Under the pieces are notes generated by a model. The model was not told the DNA's origin and made no database searches. It saw only the letters and a list, made by a program, of their open reading frames with translations. Positions 58,216-64,000 of a stretch of DNA of 64,000 nt are shown here, piece after piece; position 1 is the stretch's first letter, and every line of letters begins with the position of its first letter. The stretch comes from Sporopachydermia quercuum (Eukaryota). Made by a program: the position numbers and the translations under genes. The stretch is taken from contig BCGN01000001.1 in the NCBI GenBank assembly GCA_001599295.1, forward strand, positions 1,860,001-1,924,000, given 5' to 3'.

Positions 58216-59112
58216 ATGTCATTCTTCAATACAATCAAGTAAGTTTATTGACAGAAACCACTACTTTGATTATAATCGATGCTTTGGTTCTTTTCTTTAT
58301 TAACAAGAAACTGTACTAACTAATTGGAAAGAGGCTTTGCTCGAAGCTCAAAAAAATCAAAACCCCAGTCAAACCAACTAAATAATAACTATCCGTACAA
58401 CAATGCAACAGGTAGCTCCTCCTCATTATCATTAAGAAGAGCCAATTCGCCATCAAAACAGCAACAACAGCAGCAACTTCATCATTCTCGACAACAGCAA
58501 CAGCAACAACAACAATCAAACCAGCAAACACCTTTATTCCTATGCCAACCTTTTGTTCGTACTTCATTAGTCAAAGGATCATTCAAAACAATTGTTCAAT
58601 TACCAAAATATGTCGACTATAATGAATGGCTAGCTTTAAATGCATTTGAATTCTATACAAATTTAAACCAATTTTATGGCGTTATTGCCGAATACTTAAC
58701 TCCAGAAGCATGTCCTACTATGAATGCTGGTCCAGGAATCGATTATCTATGGGTTGATACTAATAAAAAGAACGTTGTTTTACCTGCTGGTGCTTATATT
58801 GATTATGTCTTATCCTGGATGAGCAATAAATTCAATGATCAAACGATCTTTCCCACTAAAACTGGTGTTCCTTTTCCTCCTAGTTTTGTTCGAGATTTGA
58901 AAAATATATTTAGACAAATGTTTAGAGTATTTGCTCACATATATCATAATCATTTTGACAAATATGTGCATTTAAGCATTGAAGCTCATTGGAATTCCTT
59001 CTTTGCTCATTTCATATCGTTTGCTAAGGAATTCGATCTTATTGATAGACGAGAGATAGAGCCATTATTGCCTTTGATTGAGAGCTTCGAAGAACAAGGT
59101 AAAATAGCATGA
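58216..59112 (+). CDS. MOB2: Cbk1 kinase activator Mob2, 2 exons (58216-58238, 58332-59112)
   Basis: MSFFNTIK|GFARSSKK, polyQ, LFLCQPFVRTSLVKGSFKTIVQLPKYVDYNEWLA, FRQMFRVFAHIYHNHF; intron GTAAGT..TACTAAC..AAG. Confidence 0.95.
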
Positions 59113-60027
59113 AGACGATAACGACATCAAAAGTTATTTTTTTTTCTGGTTCAAATTTAGTATTAAATCTGACTTTCTTGATATGGGATTGAGAAAGTAT
59201 GTAAAAATCAAAGTATATCAGAGGACAGAACTTATGATATCTGTCTGATTGATAACTTGAGCGGCAAGTATTTCATTGATGAACAGACGAACAAACAACA
59301 ACAGCTTGGTACTCAATCAAGTATTATTCTTAAAGCATTATAATGTATATTTTATGCTACAATGATCAGATCCAAAATGGTTGGATGGTGGAAACAGTTT
59401 AGAGTTTACTTTGCTTCATTAAAGGGGAAGACATTCGATCATCTGTTCAATGCTGAATGATCAACTACTGAAACCAACAATTTCAATTAGTCAATCGAAC
59501 ATTAGCTTGTTGAAGTGTGTTCTTNACAGAAGTTTTTTAGTGGGAACATCATAAAGTCTTAGTCGATTCTCAGTTTATATGCTAAAGGATTATTACTTGA
59601 TTAACTTTTATAGTAATCAACTATAGAAAGCAAAATATAGACATAAAANATTCATAATTCAAAAACCAAATATGCTAAGTAATGAACAATAGAAGTACGT
59701 ATTTTATTATAGTTGTATCATTCGTAAATACTACTACTACTACTACAAACAAATTCAATAAAAATCTAATATATCCAATCAACTGTCTATTACAGATCAT
59801 TCATATCTAAGCTTTTCATATTCAGATAGGCTACTGAATGTTCTGCTCAATCAATTATAGTCCTTTTCCATCATAAAAAGTGAATTATATACAAGTAAAA
59901 CATAAGNTGATCTGTTTCTTCCGCTATACATACGAACAATCAAAACCAAACCATTCATTCATTTCATTTCAACATCAACACGGATAGTAGCCTCACCAAT
60001 CAGAACCTCCAAATTGGCCCTTCCCAT

Positions 60028-63000
60028 CTAGGAAAAGAAATATTGACTATCCCTCACAACAGAAACATCAAAATCACCTTTAGGAGGTATTTCTGGAAAT
60101 TTCAATTCAGTCAGAATTGTTACACCATTAACTTGTGTGTACTTAGTATCAAGAAATTCTTCAGCCTCAGGATCAGCATCATCAATCAAAGTTTCTGGTT
60201 CATGAAAACTGCCTGCTTTACGATCCTCTGAAGATCTGACTTGAGTGATCCTCTTCTTCTTCTGCTTATAATACATGAATTCTTCAACGTTATACTTAGA
60301 AGCAATATTAACAGAAGTGACCATTGCTTTTCCTTTCCTGCGTTCGATTGAATCTTTTGATCTCAATAGTCTTCTTCTTTCTTGTTCTTCTTTTAACTCA
60401 TCTTCAAGGGTTGGTTTCCTCTTCAACTTCTCTTGGAGTGTTGCCCTATACTGTTTGATTTCATGAGCCAAAGGAGAAGTCTTTGAGATATATCCAACTC
60501 TAACATATCCGGAATAACGTTTATCGAATTCGTCTTTCAATTGTTGGATCAAATCAACTTTATGCAATTGAACAAATGATTCTCGAAGTACTTTATTCAT
60601 ATTATCAACATCGCAAGCATGAGACCAATAAGAGTCATGAACAGCAGCAAATTCAATNCTCTGTCTACCACATTCAATAGCACTCAGTAACATATGACTA
60701 GCATCTAAGGAATGGATATAATTAGGTGGGAAAGCAGATGCCTGTTTTCTGCTATTCACTGGATTAATAGCGAAAGGATCAGTAATAAAAACTGTTTGCA
60801 GATTGGTATCAACCTGCTTCTTCTTTTCATCACGATATGGCTGGACAACTGGTAATCCTAATGGTGTTGTCCAAATGACAGATGTCATGAAATCAGGACT
60901 TTTGGGTCTTGGTTTTGATTTTGATTTTGGAAACGCATCGTCATATTCAGATTCTTCAATTCCAGGTTCAACGGGAACTGATTTTGAGATTAGTTTAGCA
61001 CATTCTCCAAGCCAATCTTGAATTAAATGAGCGCCATGGAAAGACTCTCTAATAGCTGTGAAAACCAATTTAGTAAGATATTGAGATATCCTGTTTATTT
61101 GCAATCGGTCGTAGATACCCAAATCCTTTAATTTACTCTGAATTTGTAATCTGGCTCCAATGTAAGTAACACCATACACATTAGTCATTACTGTTTGCTT
61201 AACCACCTTTCTAGTGACGTAATTCTGAACACTGATTGCTTCTTCAACACCATTTGCTGCATCTTTGTCAACTTTATCTTGTACTATACGACAAACATGA
61301 GTATAAACATCTTGAGGTTTTGAATTTGGGACCAAGTTAACTTGCTTCGCACCTTCAAAATCACCTCCTAAGGCAGCATAATGCTGTAAACCATTACAAG
61401 TACCATCTTGATGAACTGAAATATAAGAGATGAACTCTGATGGATCATCTAATTTATATGCTTCGGATAATTCAAAGCAAACTGCTAACGCTTGCCATGG
61501 CTTTTCAGCAGCCTGCCACCATTTATAATTCAAAGGATCAGCTGCTGATTTTATAATATCTTCTTTATGGTCTAATGAATACTTAACTCTTGTCTCAATA
61601 GATTGCTTATCCAAACCACATAGATTAGCCAAATGAACATGTAACCATTTAAGCCCACTTTCACCTAACTTCTTACCATTCCAGAACATCAATAATGATC
61701 TGGCAACATCATTACCTAAGTGATTCAAATGAGGAGTAATAGGGTATGCTCTACCTCTAAAATCTAAGTTATGAGGGAAATAGAATCTTTCACCAACAAG
61801 GGCTCTAGCGATTTCTAATTTATANTTGGTATCACATCTTTGTGATCTAACTGATTGATATCTATTAGTTCGTTCTTTACACTCTCTGAGCCAATCTCTT
61901 CTATATCTTGGGTCACAGTCTCTTGGTGGAGGATCAGGTAGTGTTAATTCTTCAATCAAAGGAGGCACTGAAAGCAATTCTTCACCGGAGTTCCAAACTG
62001 ATATAATCACATCAAGAATCCTCTTATTAATGGTCCATTCTGTTCTACCAAGAACATCGAGACCTTCGTAGACATCATCTAATGCTCCTTGTTTGAATGC
62101 TGCCTTAATATAAGCGACTTGTTCCGGAGAATCTTTGGTTCGAACCAATGCAGCCTTAGAATATAAATAACCACCATGATTACTTACACCCCATGGTTGA
62201 GGGGCAGTAAGCATAGGAAGTAAATGTGGTTGAATTACACCTTGAACTCTCTCGGATAATAACTGTGTAAGTAATGACTTATGTACGTTGACAACACCTA
62301 AACGATTACCTTGTTGATAAACATATGCGTGATAAAATGCAGGTGCAGTTCCGAACACTGTCTTCCCCGTATCAGGGTCAACACCAGAAACAGGGATTCT
62401 TGCTACTTGGAGAAGCATTGAAATAAGTAGTGAACCAATTTTAGCCCGAACATCTTGTGGCCAACCCTCGTTATCATTATTTGAATTAATTCTTGCCTTT
62501 GAATTAGAAAGAGCGATTCTAAATTCTTGTGAATGTGTTCTTCTCTTAAACTCTTTAAAGAAAGTACTATCATTTTTGAAGACTTCTTCTGATCGGAATT
62601 CCATTTCCACAGAACGACCAATTTGTAAAACAGCTCTAGCAGTACGGACACCTTCTGTTTCTTCGTGTTTCACACCAAAGAGACGTAATAACTCTAAAAT
62701 AGTGATCACAGTAAGCTTTTGAGGTGACACGAGCTTAAGAAATGGTGCAACGTACAATAATTCTCTTTCTTCTGATGATAAGCCTTTTGTTCTATGAATG
62801 CTGATTCTTCGTTTAGATCCCACCGTTACATCCTCTGGCTTTGAATTCTCATTGATCAAGCTATCAATTCTTTCCAGTTCACTATTCAGCACTTGAAGCA
62901 TATCTTGATGCCATTTCCACAGCTGAGTATTCAATGTTTTATTTAAACTCATGATACCTATGTTTTTCAGTGCCTCGTAATCATGTTTCCACTTATGTTC

Positions 63001-64000
63001 AGCAGCTTCACGAGATTTCAATTCAATAATCTTTTGTCTTTCCAAGTTGAGTACGGTCATCGCATTTTCAAACTCNGCAACTCTCTCTTTAGGAAGAGAA
63101 TTACGGATTTCAAAAAAATTGACTGAAGTGAATTTATCAGTTTTATAGAACTCTATAGCTTCTTTTCGGATTGTTTTTAAAGCGCCTGCAAGCTCCACAT
63201 TTGAAGGATTGGGATCCATTCTTAACGCTAACAAAGCTCTTCTGATAACTTTCATACCAAAAGTATCAACTGCAACAAGAGCTTCAATACCGTTAGGGAT
63301 AGAATCTGCCATGGTGGAATTCTCGACCTCATTACTAGTTGCAGATTCTAAGTTCTCACTATTGGTGAACAAAGTTGCTGCTTCATTCAATTCGCTTACT
63401 TCTTCTTCTTTTCCAACGCCAAAATCGTAATCTTCGCAGACATCAGCAACATTGTCGGCTTCCTCGGTAGCCAATCTGACCAACTCTCTGAATTCTCTAG
63501 GGATATTTGACTCCTCAACGGAAAATGTTTTGATAATATACAACATAGCATCAATACCAAGAACATCAGGGTGAAGTAATAAATCAGCTGGTAATCGACC
63601 TTCATCGCTCTGGATATATTCTTTAACTAATCTCGCCACGTTATGTTCGACTTCTTCAGTAGCTTGTTCCTTTTGGGCGCCTTCTGCAAAAGCTGTTCGG
63701 ATTAAGATAGCAAACATATAAGAATTTGGGACTAAACCAGTAAATTCTTCAACAAGTCCAGATAATGTCTCTTTCATATCAGCCAAACGAGTATCTGGCT
63801 GCTGAGAGTAAGCAAATAAAAACTTATTCACAGCGTTTACGAAAGGTGGAGAAGCATGCGATGATTTGTACAGATTTTGTAATAACACTTTAACTCTTGC
63901 CCAATCTTGTTTGGCTAGACAAGCTTCAAGTAAAGCATATATATGGGCTAAATCTTTAGCATGAGGATTTCTGATAGTTGGATCATAAATTGTAGCTATC
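60028..64000 (-). CDS. RPO41: Mitochondrial single-subunit (T7-like) RNA polymerase, 5' end beyond the window
   Basis: [50 protein letters not shown]-terminal YFFS; frame stays open to position 64000. Confidence 0.97.
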   Translation of the reverse strand, partial: IATIYDPTIRNPHAKDLAHIYALLEACLAKQDWARVKVLLQNLYKSSHASPPFVNAVNKFLFAYSQQPDTRLADMKETLSGLVEEFTGLVPNSYMFAILIRTAFAEGAQKEQATEEVEHNVARLVKEYIQSDEGRLPADLLLHPDVLGIDAMLYIIKTFSVEESNIPREFRELVRLATEEADNVADVCEDYDFGVGKEEEVSELNEAATLFTNSENLESATSNEVENSTMADSIPNGIEALVAVDTFGMKVIRRALLALRMDPNPSNVELAGALKTIRKEAIEFYKTDKFTSVNFFEIRNSLPKERVXEFENAMTVLNLERQKIIELKSREAAEHKWKHDYEALKNIGIMSLNKTLNTQLWKWHQDMLQVLNSELERIDSLINENSKPEDVTVGSKRRISIHRTKGLSSEERELLYVAPFLKLVSPQKLTVITILELLRLFGVKHEETEGVRTARAVLQIGRSVEMEFRSEEVFKNDSTFFKEFKRRTHSQEFRIALSNSKARINSNNDNEGWPQDVRAKIGSLLISMLLQVARIPVSGVDPDTGKTVFGTAPAFYHAYVYQQGNRLGVVNVHKSLLTQLLSERVQGVIQPHLLPMLTAPQPWGVSNHGGYLYSKAALVRTKDSPEQVAYIKAAFKQGALDDVYEGLDVLGRTEWTINKRILDVIISVWNSGEELLSVPPLIEELTLPDPPPRDCDPRYRRDWLRECKERTNRYQSVRSQRCDTXYKLEIARALVGERFYFPHNLDFRGRAYPITPHLNHLGNDVARSLLMFWNGKKLGESGLKWLHVHLANLCGLDKQSIETRVKYSLDHKEDIIKSAADPLNYKWWQAAEKPWQALAVCFELSEAYKLDDPSEFISYISVHQDGTCNGLQHYAALGGDFEGAKQVNLVPNSKPQDVYTHVCRIVQDKVDKDAANGVEEAISVQNYVTRKVVKQTVMTNVYGVTYIGARLQIQSKLKDLGIYDRLQINRISQYLTKLVFTAIRESFHGAHLIQDWLGECAKLISKSVPVEPGIEESEYDDAFPKSKSKPRPKSPDFMTSVIWTTPLGLPVVQPYRDEKKKQVDTNLQTVFITDPFAINPVNSRKQASAFPPNYIHSLDASHMLLSAIECGRQXIEFAAVHDSYWSHACDVDNMNKVLRESFVQLHKVDLIQQLKDEFDKRYSGYVRVGYISKTSPLAHEIKQYRATLQEKLKRKPTLEDELKEEQERRRLLRSKDSIERRKGKAMVTSVNIASKYNVEEFMYYKQKKKRITQVRSSEDRKAGSFHEPETLIDDADPEAEEFLDTKYTQVNGVTILTELKFPEIPPKGDFDVSVVRDSQYFFS

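Noticed and set aside
60028..64000. T7-like RNA polymerase as evidence of a phage or linear-plasmid insertion
   Set aside because: It is the ordinary nuclear-encoded mitochondrial polymerase Rpo41, in its known position next to MOB2, with no viral neighbours.

Overview
Gene-dense, AT-rich fungal nuclear DNA from a budding yeast (Saccharomycotina; inferred from ubiquitin identical to S. cerevisiae, KEX2/RRT5/QCR6 content and gene order). It uses the standard code (CTG at conserved Leu positions), retains respiratory complex I and is unusually intron-rich for a budding yeast. I find 28 protein-coding genes, 12 of them spliced with about 20 coding introns; several (ACB1, QCR6, RPL29, LAP3) are absent from the ORF track. 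No tRNA, rRNA, transposon or CRISPR is supported. Most notable observations: (1) a divergent, weakly codon-biased RPL8/eL8 paralog whose putative first intron carries a perfect 18-bp hairpin; (2) an RRT5-like two-RRM gene in which all three introns have non-consensus signals, one with a possible GC donor and a Mer1-enhancer-like motif; (3) the QCR6-RPL29-RRT5-RPL2-SMC2 block in the same order and orientation as S. cerevisiae chr VI, with one extra MFS gene; (4) a 24-bp long-range stem in the RPL2 intron; (5) a 4-intron QCR6 with a 16-nt microexon and recurrent AAG acceptors; (6) a Ser/Thr-rich membrane-protein gene with an in-frame upstream ORF and pheromone-response-like elements. All homology calls are from recalled family motifs, not database searches.
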